From: Glaucostegus cemiculus | Lineage: Eukaryota | Direction: 5' to 3' | DNA length: 64,000 nucleotides | Assembly (NCBI GenBank): GCA_976551045.1 | Contig: CDPCPM010000050.1 | Coordinates: 11,656,001 to 11,720,000 of the forward strand | Shown: positions 12,270 through 24,475 of the stretch, one piece after another | Layout: each line of letters starts with the position of its first letter | Position numbering within the stretch: the stretch's first letter is position 1 | The notes under the pieces: generated by a model | What the model was told of the DNA's origin: nothing | Database searches by the model: none | What the model saw: the letters and a program-made list of their open reading frames with translations, nothing else | Program-made: the position numbers and the translations under genes

Positions 12270-12605
12270 GAATCACTCACTCACTCCACCACTGAGGCAC
12301 AGTAGCATATCAGTTTGTACCATCTACAGGGTGCACTGAACACCTCGCCAAGACTCCTTAGTTAGCACCTTCCAAAGCCATGACTTCGGCCAGCAAGAAG
12401 GATAAGAGCAGCAGAAGCACAGGAATTCCACCACCTAAAAGTTGCCCTCCAAGCCACACACCATCCTGCTATTCCTTCACCTTCACCGGGTCAAAATCCT
12501 GGAACTCTCTCCTTAACACCATTATGGATTTTCCACACCTAAAAGACTACAGCAATTCAAGAAGGCAGCTCACCACCACCTTCTCACATGTGATTAAGGA
12601 TGGCT
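12270..12605 (+). mobile_element. CR1/L2-group LINE 3' fragment
   Basis: Translates SLHH...CTIYRVH...SFTFTGSKSWNSL...QQFKKAAHHHL across frameshifts, a typical LINE ORF2 C-terminus. Confidence 0.7.
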
Positions 12606-13492
12606 TTAAAACTGTATTTATATCCATACTTGATGGTAGTGTGGTTTTAGTTGTAATATTGATGTTAAATTGGTAAAAGATCTGAATATTTTCTGGAAGA
12701 CTCTGCTAAAGGTTGTGAAAAATATCAATTGTAAATATAAATGTGAAGATGTGGCCTAAATATCCTTGGTGCCACATTCAGAATTAAGTTGGATAAATAT
12801 AAAGAGCATATTTATAAATCAAAAGTTTCATATATTTTCTGAAAAAATTTTGACAAAATAACATATGTTGGTTCTGAGAAATGTATAGTAGGTGTGCACA
12901 CAAACAAAGGTCTCCTCTGGCAGAATTTTCCCCTTTCCCCAGTCATGTTTTGAAATTTTCATCTACTTGGCCCAGACACATTAAGTTGTGTTGTTTCTGA
13001 AAAGGTAAATTCAGTTCACAAGTAAAGCACACAAAACTTTTTGGCTCATGTAAATACAAAATCCTGCAGAAATATGAAATATAAACAGCAAATGTTGACA
13101 ATGCCCATAGACAAACAGGATTAACATTTGAGGTTGGCACCCTTTAGTCAGAACAGGAGATTACTGTAGATGTAGCAAAGAAAGAGGCAGGGAAAGTTTG
13201 GGGGAGAGTAAAGATCAGAAGAGAAGTCTGTGATTGGGTGGAAGGCAGAAAAGATTAAATGACAAAAGGGGGAATAGTGGTCAGTGAGAGAGGCAGGAAT
13301 GGAACAAGCAAGGAAATGAAAGATGGATGTAGAGAAGGACAAAATGGAATCAAAAGAATCACTATAAGATGTGCTGCCTGAAAAAATGAGAACATTGATA
13401 ATAAACTGTTGACCTTGATGGTTCTAAAGATCGTAAGATGTTTGATAAAATGATGAATTGCTGTTCTTTAAGCTTGTGTAGATGTTTAAGCT

Positions 13493-13978
13493 TACATATG
13501 ATGAGCGACTGTCGTCACTTGGACTGTACTCGTTGGAGTACAGAAGAATGAGAGGGGACCTAATAGAAACGTACAAGATGTTGAAAGGAATAGACAAAGC
13601 TGAATGTGGTCAAGCTGTTTCCCTTGGTGGGGGAATCCAGGACTAGAGGACACAACCTTAGAATTAGAGGAAGCAGGTTCAAAACAGAGATAAGGAGGAA
13701 TTTCTTTAGCCAGAGGGTGGTGAACCTGTGGAACTCCTTACCACAGAAAGCAGTGGAAGCCAGATCATTGGGGATATTCAAGAAGGAAATAGATAGATAT
13801 CTAATTGGTCAAGGTATCAAGGGATATGGAGATAAGGCAGGGATTTGGACTTAGAATAGTTTTTTTTCTCTTATCCTCTTTTTCCCCACCCTCCCTTCCC
13901 TTTGGAGCAGACTCGATGGGCCGACTGGCCTGCTTCTGCTCCATTATCTTGTGATCTTGTGATCTTGTGATCTTGTGA
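13493..13978 (+). mobile_element. Young CR1 (HER1-like) LINE 3' end
   Basis: YDERLSSLGLYSLEYRRMRGDLIETYKMLKG, one frameshift, then LFPLVGESRTRGHNLRIRGSRFKTEIRRNFFSQRVVNLWNSLP. Has a 3' UTR and (TCTTGTGA)4 tail at 13947-13978; CpGs retained. Confidence 0.95.
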
Positions 13979-14094
13979 CAAAGACATCAGGGTGGGAGTG
14001 GGCTAGAAAATGAAACTAGCAACTGAAAGCCCAAGTTAATAGTTTTGGATTGAATGGAGATTTTCTGCAAAGCAATCATCAATTTTGCCTTCGA

Positions 14095-14253
14095 TCATAA
14101 GATTACAAGATTACAAGATTACAAGATCACAAGAGAAAGGAGCAGAAGTAGGCCATTCAGCCCATCTAGTCTGCTCCGCTACCTCACCATGAGCTAAACT
14201 ATTCTCCCATCTAGCCCCAGTTCCCAGCCTTTTCCCCATATCACTTGATACCT
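14095..14253 (-). mobile_element. CR1 LINE extreme 3' end
   Basis: (ACAAGATT)n tail followed by ggagcagaagtaggccattcagcccatc...ttttccccatatc.cttgatacc, the reverse complement of the CR1 3' UTR. Confidence 0.9.
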
Positions 14254-14294
14254 GTCCAGAACATAGAAACCTCACTATAAGTAAAGGTGAATTA

Positions 14295-14450
14295 TTAAAA
14301 TAAAACAAGATGATGCTGGAAATCCTCAACGGTTTAGGCCGCATCTCTGAAGATGTAAAAAGAGTCAACATTTTCGGCTGTTGACCTTTCATGTGACCTT
14401 TCAGCAATTCTGATGAATGGTTATAGATCTATAATGTTAAGTTTGTTTCT
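14295..14450. mobile_element. Penelope-derived fold-back pseudo-LTR pair (degenerate)
   Basis: Minus arm gatgctggaaatcctcaac...gacctttca abuts plus arm ttctgatgaatggttatagatctataatgttaa. Confidence 0.6.
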
Positions 14451-15879
14451 GGAGTTTGCTTTACAATAAATTGTTATTTCTACAGATGGAAGAGGAGGAA
14501 GTGAAGGGAAGGGGTTGTCTTGTTCCTATGTTTGCATGGGTGAGTGCTGTGGGATGGCAGCAAAAACTAAGGAGTGAACCAGGATGGTGCAGACGTTCAT
14601 TTACACTGCTGAAATGAGTGTGCTGGTCTATCAAATGTCAATGGCATTGGGTTGAAAGCGATGGAAATGGCAGAGGATATTCCAATGAATGTGCAGTTGA
14701 TGTAGTGAAGGGTGAGTGCAAGGGAAACCCTGGCATTGCTCTGAGAGGGAGGGAAAGGAGTGAGACTAGATCTGCAGTGCACAGAACAGGTATGGTTAAG
14801 GCCCCTGTCAATCATGGTGGAGGTGAATCCTTATAAAATATTTAGGTTAATACTTTGGACAAATCAGCTAGGATACCAGCCATCTCAGAATTCTCTTTTG
14901 TATACTAATTACTTTGTGATACTGAGGATTGTCAACCAGCCTCTAAAAGATATTTACACCTGTGATGTTGGAATAGTTTCCTTTCATTAAGCACTGTAAA
15001 TGTCTTTGTTAAACAGTTGATGGAGGTACCATCCCTACAAACATTGGAGGAGGGGGTGGAGTCCCTCTCTCAGGCTGGTAATTTTGATTTTAAGTCAGGC
15101 AGATAATTGTCAAGGCAGATAACTGGGAAAGGAACAGATATTAAGCTGAGAAAGGTAGTCTGTAAAGGTATTTGCCTGAAGCAATCAGAATACCATACCC
15201 CGCCAATTACTCTCGCAATATTAGAGTTTAAAGTGTTCTAGAGCCGCATCAAAAGAGTGCTACTTGTCTAATATATTATTTTGCTGTGAACAGAAAAGAT
15301 TGCTTGAAACTGATTAGAAAATTGCATTGCTGATTCCTAGAAAATTCCACACCTTTTAGTTTACAACTGGTTTACTCTGCCAGGAGTGCCTGCTCTCCTG
15401 CCTTTCAATTGTCAAGGGTGTGGCACCTGTTAGATGACAGTATCAAGTATTTGCAATGAGTGATCTTATTCCAAAGGCCCTGTGCCACACTATTATTTTA
15501 TTAGGCATTGGACAATAAGGATTGACTCCTTGAATGTCGAAGAGATCAGAAGAGAGAAGAAATCCAACTTTTGTCCCTTGCACTGAGAGAGTGAGAATTG
15601 GTGTCAGTTGCTCTCACTGCTTCAATGAAAAAGGTTTATAAAATAGGATGGTGGAATAGGGAAGGAGAACCAGCAGCCAATGTGCTCTGAAGCACATTTA
15701 ACCAAGATACCCAAAGACAAAATGTCTTGGTGTCCTGTCCCCGATGGGAGAGAGCACATTCTGATGGCTTCTAATATGCCTTGCAAGGTAGGGTAGGGAT
15801 AGATCTGCCAGTGGGTGGCAGTCCCAAAATACTCTGCTGCACAGATTGCCATACATACCCTCAGTTACCTGTTATAACC

Positions 15880-16800
15880 TGTATTCTGCCTTCAGCGACA
15901 TGTGCACAAAAACATACCTAGGTCCCTTTGAATATCAACATTACCCAAACTTTCACGATTTTACAAATACTTTGCTTTTCTTTTGTGTTCACCAGGGTGA
16001 ATGACCTCACATTTTATCATTTCGCATTCCATTTACCATGTTCTTGCCCACTCAGCTAGTTTGCCCATGTCGTCATGAAGCTTTTACACATCCTCCTACC
16101 TACTCACAATCCCAGCTGGTTTAGTGTCATCAGCAAACTTTGAAACATGACATTTGGTCCCCTCAGCCAAATCATTGATATAGATTGTGAAAAGATGGTG
16201 CCCAAGAACCAATTCCTTCAGTACCCCACAGATCACAGTCTGCCAATCTGAGAACAATCTGTTTAATCCTACCATTTGCTCTCTATCCAATAACCAGTTC
16301 TCAATCTATGCCCATACATAAACCAATTCCAAGTGCTCTAGCCTTGTTGATCAACCATATGGGATCTTATCAAAAGCCTTCCAAATATCCAAATACAACT
16401 CATCCACTGGTTCTTTCTTATCCATTCTACCATTCGCATTGTCAAAAAACTCCAGCAGATTAGTCAAACATTGTTTTCCTTACATTAATCCACACTGACT
16501 CTGCTCAATTCTATTATTCTCTGCAAGGTATTCTGTTATTACATCCTTTATTATAATTCCAGCATTTTCCCTTTTGCTGACATTCGGCCAACAAGGCAAT
16601 AGTTCCCTGTTTTCTCTCTGCTCCTTTCTTAAATAGTGGGATCACATTTGTCATTCTCCAATCCACAAAAGCAATTCCAGCATCTCTGGAAGTTTGGAAG
16701 ATGATAACCAGAGTATCCATTAACTCTATAGCCACGTCTTTCAAAACTCTGGGAAGGACATTATCAGGCCCTTTGGGATTTATCAGAATTCAAGTTCATC
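15880..16800 (-). mobile_element. CR1 LINE reverse transcriptase fragment (pseudogenised)
   Basis: ORFs 16514-16744 (LVIIFQTS...DWRMTNVIPLFKKG) and 16096-16290 (VICGVLKELVLG..LFTIYINDL...SKFADDTK) carry CR1 RT motifs. Confidence 0.92.
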
Positions 16801-17074
16801 AATTTATCTCAGATTATTTTCTGACATATTTTGTTCATTTCCTTATGCTCACTAGACTCTAAGGGTCTAGGAAGTAGCTTGATGCTTCAGAGCCATAGGC
16901 ACATTAGGATGTGGATGAACATCCTGGTGTAATCATCATTTATGGCCTGATAAAGTCATTAACCTGCTTGTGGCACAGAATTCAAGACTGCAGAATCTCT
17001 CTCTTGGTATTGACCTGTGGCCATCTCTAGCCACTCACTCTTGCCTTCAGCTCAGGCATTGTTACCAGCAACAT

Positions 17075-17690
17075 GTAAAGGAAAAGACCATCAAGGGCAG
17101 CTGTGGTGTCCTAATACAAAGAGACAGAAATTGTTGTGGTTTAAGGAAATGGCAGAGGAATTAATTAATTTGACTCTGTCTTAAGAGAAGAAGACACACA
17201 AAACCTGGTTCACTTGGCTCATTTCTGGGATGAAACTGTTGTCCTATCATGCACAGTCAAAAAGTTAGGTCTGTACTCTTCAGAGTTTAGAAGAATGAGG
17301 AGTGATGTTATTGAAATATCTATGATTATAGCAGGGCATAATAGGATAGATATTGAGCTGCTTCCATTTTTGGGAAAGTGTTGAACTTGGGGACATAGTT
17401 ACAGAATTTGCAGGCAGTCATTTAAAACTGAGGTATGTAGAAATTTCTTCTCACAGATGGTGGTGAGTCTCTGGAATTCTCTATCACAGATGGTTGTGGA
17501 GGCTAGATCATTGGAGACTTTCAAAGAAGAGGTAGATACATTTTTGGAAGGCAAGGGAACTGAGGACTACGTGGAACTGGCACAGAAGTGGAAATGCGAC
17601 CTGGGACAGGCCAGCCATGAATAGCAAGCAAGGTTGAGGGGCCAGGTGACATACCCCTGGATCGTATTTTCTTATGTACTTGTGTTCAAC
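17075..17690 (+). mobile_element. CR1 LINE fragments (pre-RT piece joined to 3' end)
   Basis: aaggaaatggcagaggaattaa (KEMAEEL), then LGLYSSEFRRMRSDVIE...FKTEVCRNFFSQMVVSLWNSL and a 3' UTR. Confidence 0.85.
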
Positions 17691-17879
17691 TCTTCCCAAT
17701 CCACTCACTCAGGGGGGTCAAAATTCCCCCATTATAATCATTTCATTATAATCATTTTCAGTTGTACTGTTTTGTCAGTTTTTGATGGTATATTCTGGAT
17801 GGTCTGAAATCAGCCATTTAGCACTGCAATAAATTGAGTGCTTACAATTATAATGAAACAAACCATGGATTTTTAGTAT

Positions 17880-18320
17880 AACAGAAATTTTTCTTCGTTT
17901 GTCTTGAAGTTGGTTGAAAACGCCAAATGTTGAATGAGATCAAGCTGCAATGAATATATAAAAATATGTAATTTTGATTTTGAGAGTATATTTACAACTA
18001 ATTCCAAAAGAAAAGTTTTGCTTACGACCTGCAAACCTGCAGTATTCAGGTTGATTAAGAATCTGATTGCTGCTACAGAGCTGGAAGGCAAAATGTATAA
18101 GGAGTTATTCCAAGTGGTCAAAGAACATCTGAGCCCAAGGCCACTTACTATTATGAAACAGTTCAAGTGCAACCAGAGGACGCAAAGGGATGATGGACGG
18201 CTTCATAGATTGTTGCAGAACTGAGGAAATTCTCTAAATAGTGTGATTTCTCAGTAATGCAACAAGACCATGTTTGCCTGTAGTTTTAAAGAAGCATTGA
18301 TAAAGAAGAAACTTTGTAAA
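17880..18320 (+). mobile_element. Ty3/Gypsy LTR retrotransposon gag remnant
   Basis: ORF 17934-18224 reads KRKVLLTTCKPAVFRLIKNLIAATELEGKMYKELFQVVKEHLSPRPLTIMKQFK, then VAELRKFSK*CDF after a frameshift. Matches the Gypsy capsid pattern LL..CG..Y.LI.NL...K.Y.EL...KEHL.P.P. Confidence 0.75.
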
Positions 18321-18571
18321 AATTGGACTCATGTTAGGAGGATGACTTCGAAATGGGAATGAATCCATTCTGGTGATTCCATTCCAAGGTCTTAACCTAA
18401 TTTTCCTTTGCTATGCCTGGACAGAATGTACTGAAATTTCTGGAGATAAATTAAGTCATTGTCTGACTTGGCTGAGCATTTATTCAAACCTAACTCTGTA
18501 GATCATGGCGATGCGGAACCCACTTGCGAAATGACTGCTGTTGCTGAGCCTAAACGGATATTGGCGATGGA

Positions 18572-19025
18572 TAAACATAGAAAAGGGGTAACAGTAGGCC
18601 AATCGGCCTTTCGAGCCTGCTCTGCCACTTCATGTAATCGTGGCTGATCATCCAACTCCAGTATCCTGCTTCTGTTTTCTCCTCATATCTCATGATATCT
18701 TTAGAATTAGAACTATATCTAACTCCTTTTTAATGATTTATGGATTTGCTTCTAACTGTCTTCTGTGATAGAGAATTTGACAGGTTCACCACATTTGAAG
18801 TGAAGAAGTTTTTCCCTATGTCAATAAATGGCTTGTCCCATTTACTCAGGCCGTGACCCCTGATTCTGAAGTTCCCACTTTGGGAATATCCTTCCTTCAT
18901 CTAGTCTGCCCAGTCCTGATAAATTTATAAGTTTATAATCTCATTTTGTAGGGTAACCAAGCCCAATTAACCCACGCTCTCTTTATATATCGCTCCATTC
19001 AGGACTCAGTCTATCAAACCTATCA
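18572..19025 (-). mobile_element. CR1 LINE 3' fragment
   Basis: aacatagaaaa...gtaggccaatcggcctttcgagcctgctctgcca...caggttcaccac...gaagaagtttttcc; appears to resume briefly after 19353. Confidence 0.85.
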
Positions 19026-19035
19026 AATTCTATCA

Positions 19036-19353
19036 TAGACCTTTTCCCAGTGCAACAATGGCTAACATAAGGGGACGTAATTTTAATGTGATTTGAAGAA
19101 GGTATAAGGGGGATGTCAGGGGTAAGCTTGTTACACAGAGAGTGGTGGGTGCGTGGAATACACTGCCTGCAGAGGTTGTGGGGGCAGATATATAAGGGAC
19201 ATTTAAGAGACTCTTAGATAGACACATGAATGATAGAAAAATAGGGGGCTATGTGGGAGGGAAGGGTTAGATAGATCTTAGAGCAGGATAAAGTGTCAGC
19301 ACAACATTGTGGGCCGAAAGGCCTGTACTGTGCTGTAGTGTTCTATGTTCTAT
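19036..19353 (+). mobile_element. Young CR1 LINE 3' end nested in the older CR1
   Basis: Translates RYKGDVRGKLVTQRVVGAWNTLP; 3' UTR gtgggccgaaaggcctgtactgtgctgtag and TGTTCTA-repeat tail. Confidence 0.92.
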
Positions 19354-19989
19354 ATAAACCTTTGCTACACTCCCACCACAGCAAGAATCCTTGTCTTCAT
19401 TCACTAGTTCATCCATCCACAAACCCCATTCTATTTTTGGGGCTAATTCTTTTTGAAGAGCCAGAATTGACTTAATGGGTCAAATGTCCTCCTCTGTGCT
19501 TCTACAGTCAGGTCATATAGCAAACACCAATGGCAATGCCAACTGTGGTTTTTGAATGAAACCTGGCAAGAAGGCCTCCCTAAAGGGAGTATGAATCCTG
19601 CTGAAGTCTCTCTGTTGCTGCTTAGTCAGAGTATGTATGAGGGAGGTGGGAATGGGATTAGTTTTGACTTTATGTGATAATATAAAATGAAGATAGCAAA
19701 TCAGCAATCCTGAATATCCCACTGTCAGTGGGAACAGAAATTAGAAGAAAGGTAAATGGAGCAACCAATTTGCTGTCAAAGAGTTTTGCGATAAATCATA
19801 TTGTCAAAAGTTTGCCTCAGCAGGTGCCTTTAAATGAATCGGGGAAGGACTTCCACTCTTCACCCCCATAGAACCAGGCTTTTCTTTCTGTTTGGAGACT
19901 GCAATTTCCTTCAGAGTGCATTTGCATTACAACTTCAGCATCAATGTGTATTTTTATTTCAATGTTTTGTAGCATGAATTGATTCTAAG

Positions 19990-20130
19990 GCAAAATTCTG
20001 CAGATCCTGGAAACCTGAAATAAAATGGAAATGCTGGCAATGCTCAGCATGACCATTCTGATGAAAAGTAATCAGCCTGAAATGTTGACTCTGTTTCCCT
20101 CTTCCATTCTGCTGCCCGGCCCATGTTCTG
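19990..20130. mobile_element. Penelope-derived fold-back element with hammerhead core remnant
   Basis: Minus arm ctgcagatcctggaaacctgaaataaaa...ctcagca, then plus arm CTGATGA (20058)...cctGAAAtgttgactctgtttcc. Confidence 0.7.
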
Positions 20131-21449
20131 TTTGATCATTTAATTAGCACTCAACTACAGTGGATAAAGCAACAACTCCTTTCAAGCAGATCGTCAATAT
20201 GCAGTTTTTAATCAGCTTGCAGTAGTTTCACTCATTTTTACAGTTAATCTCATTCCTAACTTACCTGGATGATGACTGCACAGTCATAACATGTTTATTC
20301 CTCAGTCAAGGTGTGTGAAGGAGCTAAAGCTGTCCATGCACCTTTAAGCTTGATCAACACTGATGGAGACTCTCACTATCTTTCCGGCTGTTCCTTTACG
20401 CCTCTGTCACCATCAAACTGAAAGACAAGACCCATAACATTTGATGAACAAATTTAGTTTTGAATTCTAATAATGTACTAAAAAGATCAAAATAATGCCG
20501 ACTGCAGTGAAAGCATTTGCAATTTCTACCAGCTGGGGGAGCATTACAGTCGGTGAAACAAGCAGTGAGCCTTGTGGCCTGGGTAACAGCTGATTACGGA
20601 GAAAAATGCTCTCTGCCCTCTGTTTATTTTAGTTTGTGTGTACCATGTAACCCTACTTTGTACTAATAAAGCCTTAAATAGGGAATTAAGTGGCTTGTAG
20701 TGTATTTTTTGTTGTAACAAAAAATTACAATAGAACTGATACTGCAGCCTGATCAGTAAAGAAGTAAAACATGAAAGGTATAGGCAAAATAATTCAGCCA
20801 CTCTCTCTGCAACTCACAGTGAATCACTATGCTTCTGCAATAAAAATTGTACTTGTATTGAACTAGAGTATGCTTTTAGTCTTAATAAGCATGCAGATGC
20901 TATAGAGGTCACCCTGTTTATTAGACTGATATATTTTAGTTTCAGTTTAAAGGTCTTGCTCTTGCACTGTCAGGCCATGGTGTGCAGTTTAACTGTTTCA
21001 CAACCACAAGGCTTGTTCAGTTTCAGCACAATCCCTCCAGGGCAACTACAGTTTCTCAGTGATCTCTGCTCTCTGCAGTTTAATGCAGCCAGACAAGCTG
21101 TGCATGATGTGAAGAAAGAAAGGGAGTAACTCAAGGATGGGCAAGAAGTCAGGTTTAACACTCTGCCTCCAATCAATCCCTCATCACCCAGCTCAGCTAA
21201 AACCTCAAACACTCCACTTGAAGTAATTTTAAGTGGAAAGATGTAAATAATTCTTACAAACACTGTAAGGCTTTGTACCAGTGCATCCCCACATTCCCTC
21301 TACTTTTGATTTCTCAAAAAGATGCGGTTTGCTACTGGAAGATTTTGCAGGGATGTTAATAGATTAAAAACCAAGATGCAGTTAGGGGGAAACAGAGGAC
21401 ATGAAGGGGTATGTGATACAGTCCTGGCCACTCCTTCCCACCCCAATGT

Positions 21450-21575
21450 CAGAACAAAGTTTCTTGGACCTGAAACATTAACTCTGCTTCCTTTTCTACA
21501 GATGCTACCTGGCCTGCTGAGTGTTTCTATTATTTTCTGGTTTTGTTTCATATTTCCAACATCTGCATTTTTTAG
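21450..21575 (+). mobile_element. Penelope-like pseudo-LTR
   Basis: gacctgaaacattaactctgcttcc...cagatgctacctggcctgctgagtgtttc...ttccaacatctgcatttttt. Confidence 0.8.
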
Positions 21576-21659
21576 TGTCCACTTATTGTTGAATGTTTTA
21601 TGTGCATTAATTGATGTGTTTACAATGCATCTATTGGATAACAAAATCTATGAAATCTT

Positions 21660-21915
21660 TCATTTAAAAATAAAAGAAGAAAATGCTGAAAATATTCAGC
21701 AGCAACTGTGACGAGGGCAACAGAACCAATGGTTCCGGCTGATGACCTTTCATCAGAACTGGAAAGTTCAAAATGAAGTTTTAAATTCTAAAGAGAGGCG
21801 GGAGAAACAAAAGGGTGGAGGATAGAGACCAGAAGACATTTGAATGGCATATGTGCCAGTGATGTCGATTGAAAAAGGATGGTAAAGACGAGTGAAAACA
21901 GAAATATTTATCTGG
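21660..21915 (-). mobile_element. Penelope-like pseudo-LTR and 3' UTR
   Basis: aaatgctgaaaatattcagcag...gatgacctttcatcagaactgg (hammerhead core on the minus strand) followed by a purine-rich UTR. Confidence 0.7.
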
Positions 21916-21921
21916 AGGAAT

Positions 21922-22575
21922 CAAAAAAGCTGCAGATGCCATAAATCTGAAATGAAACAGAAAATACTGGTAACACCCAGTAGATCAGGTAATGTCTGTG
22001 GAAAGAGAAATAGAGTTAACATTGCAGGTCAAGACATTTCATCTGAACTGGGAAAGAGAGATAAAAAAGGTGGTTTTAGGTTGTAGAGAAGGTGGCAGGA
22101 GGGTTGGATAGGATAAAGGGAATATCTGGAAGAGAAGTAAATAGGACAGGATAAATGAAATGTGAAACAACCAGAGGATGAGAGAGAAGAAAAAAAAACA
22201 ATTCTTGGAAATATAAGAAACAAGTCTGTATGTTGAATTTGATGTTGAGTCTTGAAGGCTGTAATGTGACAAATCAGAAGATGAGATACTCTTCCTCAAA
22301 CTTATGTTAAACTTCATTGGAAAAGTATAGGAGGCCAAAGATAAGGAGGTCAGTGTGAGAGTAGAATAGAAAATTAAAGTGACAGGCTACTGGAGGCTCA
22401 CAGTGACCCTCGCAGAGTACGAAACAAGTTCAGCAAAGCATTCACCCTATCTGCAACTGATTAGTGTAGTGGCGACCACATTGTGAGCACCAAATGCAGT
22501 ACTCTAGATTGGAAGAAGTGCTTCTTCACCTGGAAGGTGGGAGGGAGGAAATAAAAGGACAGGTGTTACATCTTT
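21922..22575 (-). mobile_element. Penelope-like element 3' part with GIY-YIG endonuclease remnant
   Basis: Minus strand reads FQVK..TSSNLEYCIWCSQCGRHY...PVACHFN...HTDLLIFGLLYFSNEV*HKFEEEYLIF*FVTLQPSRLNIKFN. Pseudo-LTR at 21922-22050. Confidence 0.88.
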
Positions 22576-23667
22576 TATTCAGTGACATGATATACCAGCC
22601 ATTGCTCAGTTGGTAGTACTTCCACCTCTGCGTCAGAAGGCTGTGGCTTCTGAAGAGTATTTTCATCCAGGCTCATTTTAAATTTTAGCTCATTCTACTT
22701 GTATCTTTTCTACGCAAGTACGTGATGTGTTCGTGATTCTTCCTGTAAAATTCTGTTCTGCAAGTAATTAATGTCCTAGCCTTACATGACACTTTTGAAC
22801 AAGGTCTCAAATTTCCTTGATTGATTATTTCATAGAAATGGACAATGCAGCAATATTCACCTCATTCCTAGGCGCACTGCTGGATACCAGTGAAATAAGC
22901 ATTTTAGATAATGTGCAAGGTTAATCACGAACTATGCAGGTAGTGCATGTAGTTCCCTATGCACTGAACTGAACTCAAAGGTTTTCCTGCATAATGTAAA
23001 TGCCCTTGTGGGTTCCTAATTCATATGAAGGTAACTTGAAGAGAAATTAGAGCTTGTGAAGATAGGTTTGCTTTATTTGAGGTTCTTCTTAGAACCCACA
23101 CAAATACAATGATGTGCACACAAATAAGTATATGAAGCTGTAACATTACAATTAATTATTATTCCATACTGTTTTTCCCCTTAAAAAGAAAAAAACAGTC
23201 AGCACTAGTTTAATGTATTTGCAGATTTAACTAATGAACTGAACTATGAATTTTCTTCCATTTTCATAACTGTATCTATGTTTTTATGCTCATGCTGGAA
23301 GTTGAGCAGAAATTGTTGATATCACATCCATTTTTGGATTCATTGAAGGTGTCTCCTCTTGTCTCCCTTCAGTCATGTTCAATATCAACTATTCCTCATG
23401 TGTTGCAGAAATCACTTCACCATTGTGATCCAAATTCACAATCTTCCTCACTCTTCTCTTGGGTATTTTCTGCTTGAACCTTTCCAAATCCCTCACCTAC
23501 TCTAATGAGATCATTCTTGAAATCCACTAACTCTATGATCTCTCCAGTACCTCATTTCCTCCTCTCTGACCTGCCCAGTGATCTCACCATATGAACTTTA
23601 TCACATAATCTGAAGCTGTTACCTTTATGGATCGTGTTGTGAAGTTTGCTTTGGTTCAGCTGGCTTT

Positions 23668-24475
23668 AGTCATAGAGTTATAGAGTTATACAGCACAGAA
23701 ACAGGCCCTTCAGCCCAACTGGTCCATGCAAACCAAGGTGCCTTCCTGAACTGGTTCCATTTGCCTGCATTTGGCCCATATCCCTCTAAACATTTCCTAT
23801 CCATGAATCTGTACAAATATCTTTTAAACAATGTAATTGCACCCACCTTTCCCATTTCCTCTGGCAGCTAGTTCCGTATACCCACCATCCTCTGTGTGAA
23901 AAAACTCGCTGCTCATGTCCCCTTTAAATCTTTGCCCCCTCATTCTAAACCTATGTCCCTACACTGGGGAAAAGACCGTGACCATCCACCTTGTCAATGC
24001 CCCTCATGACTTTATAAACCTCTATATGGTCACCTCTCAGCCTCCTTTGCTCCAGAGAAACTAGTCCCAGCTTATCCAGTCTCTACTTATAACCCAACCC
24101 CTCCAGTCCCAGCAATATCCCTGTGAATCTTTCCTACACGCCGTCTAGCTTAACCACATCCTTCCTATAGTATGGTGACCAGAACTGCATGCAATATTCC
24201 TGATGCGGTCTCACCAATATCCTGTACTGTTGTAACCTGATGTCACAACTCTTGTACTCATTGCCCTATCTGATGAAGGCAAGTTAGCCATTTGCATCCT
24301 TCATCACATTGGCTGCCTGTGTTGCCACTTTAAGGGAATGATGTTCTTGTTCCACAGGCCTCTCTCTACTACAAGATTCCCTAAGGCCCTGTCATTTACT
24401 CTCTGAATCTTGCCCTGGTTTAACTTCCCAAAATGTATCACTTCACACTTCTTTGGGTTTAATTTCATCTGCATT
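23668..24475 (-). mobile_element. CR1 LINE 3' ~800 bp
   Basis: ATAGAGTT-repeat tail, CR1 3' UTR and ORF2 C-terminal region (ORF 23670-23855 FKRYLYRFMDRKCLEGYG). Confidence 0.92.

Larger units (their letters stand above)
13060..14830 (-). mobile_element. Decayed Penelope-like element interrupted by younger insertions
   Basis: Pseudo-LTR at about 13060-13155; GIY-YIG C-terminal remnants at about 13400-13480 and 13980-14090; ORF 14597-14815 (IDRGLNHT...SSLTPFPPSQSNARVSLALTLH) resembles the Penelope RT-endonuclease linker. Confidence 0.7.

Noticed and set aside
14486-14539. Exon-like segment with strong splice signals (MEEEEVKGRGCLVPMFAW)
   Set aside because: It lies within the antisense strand of a decayed Penelope-like element; most likely a pseudo-exon.
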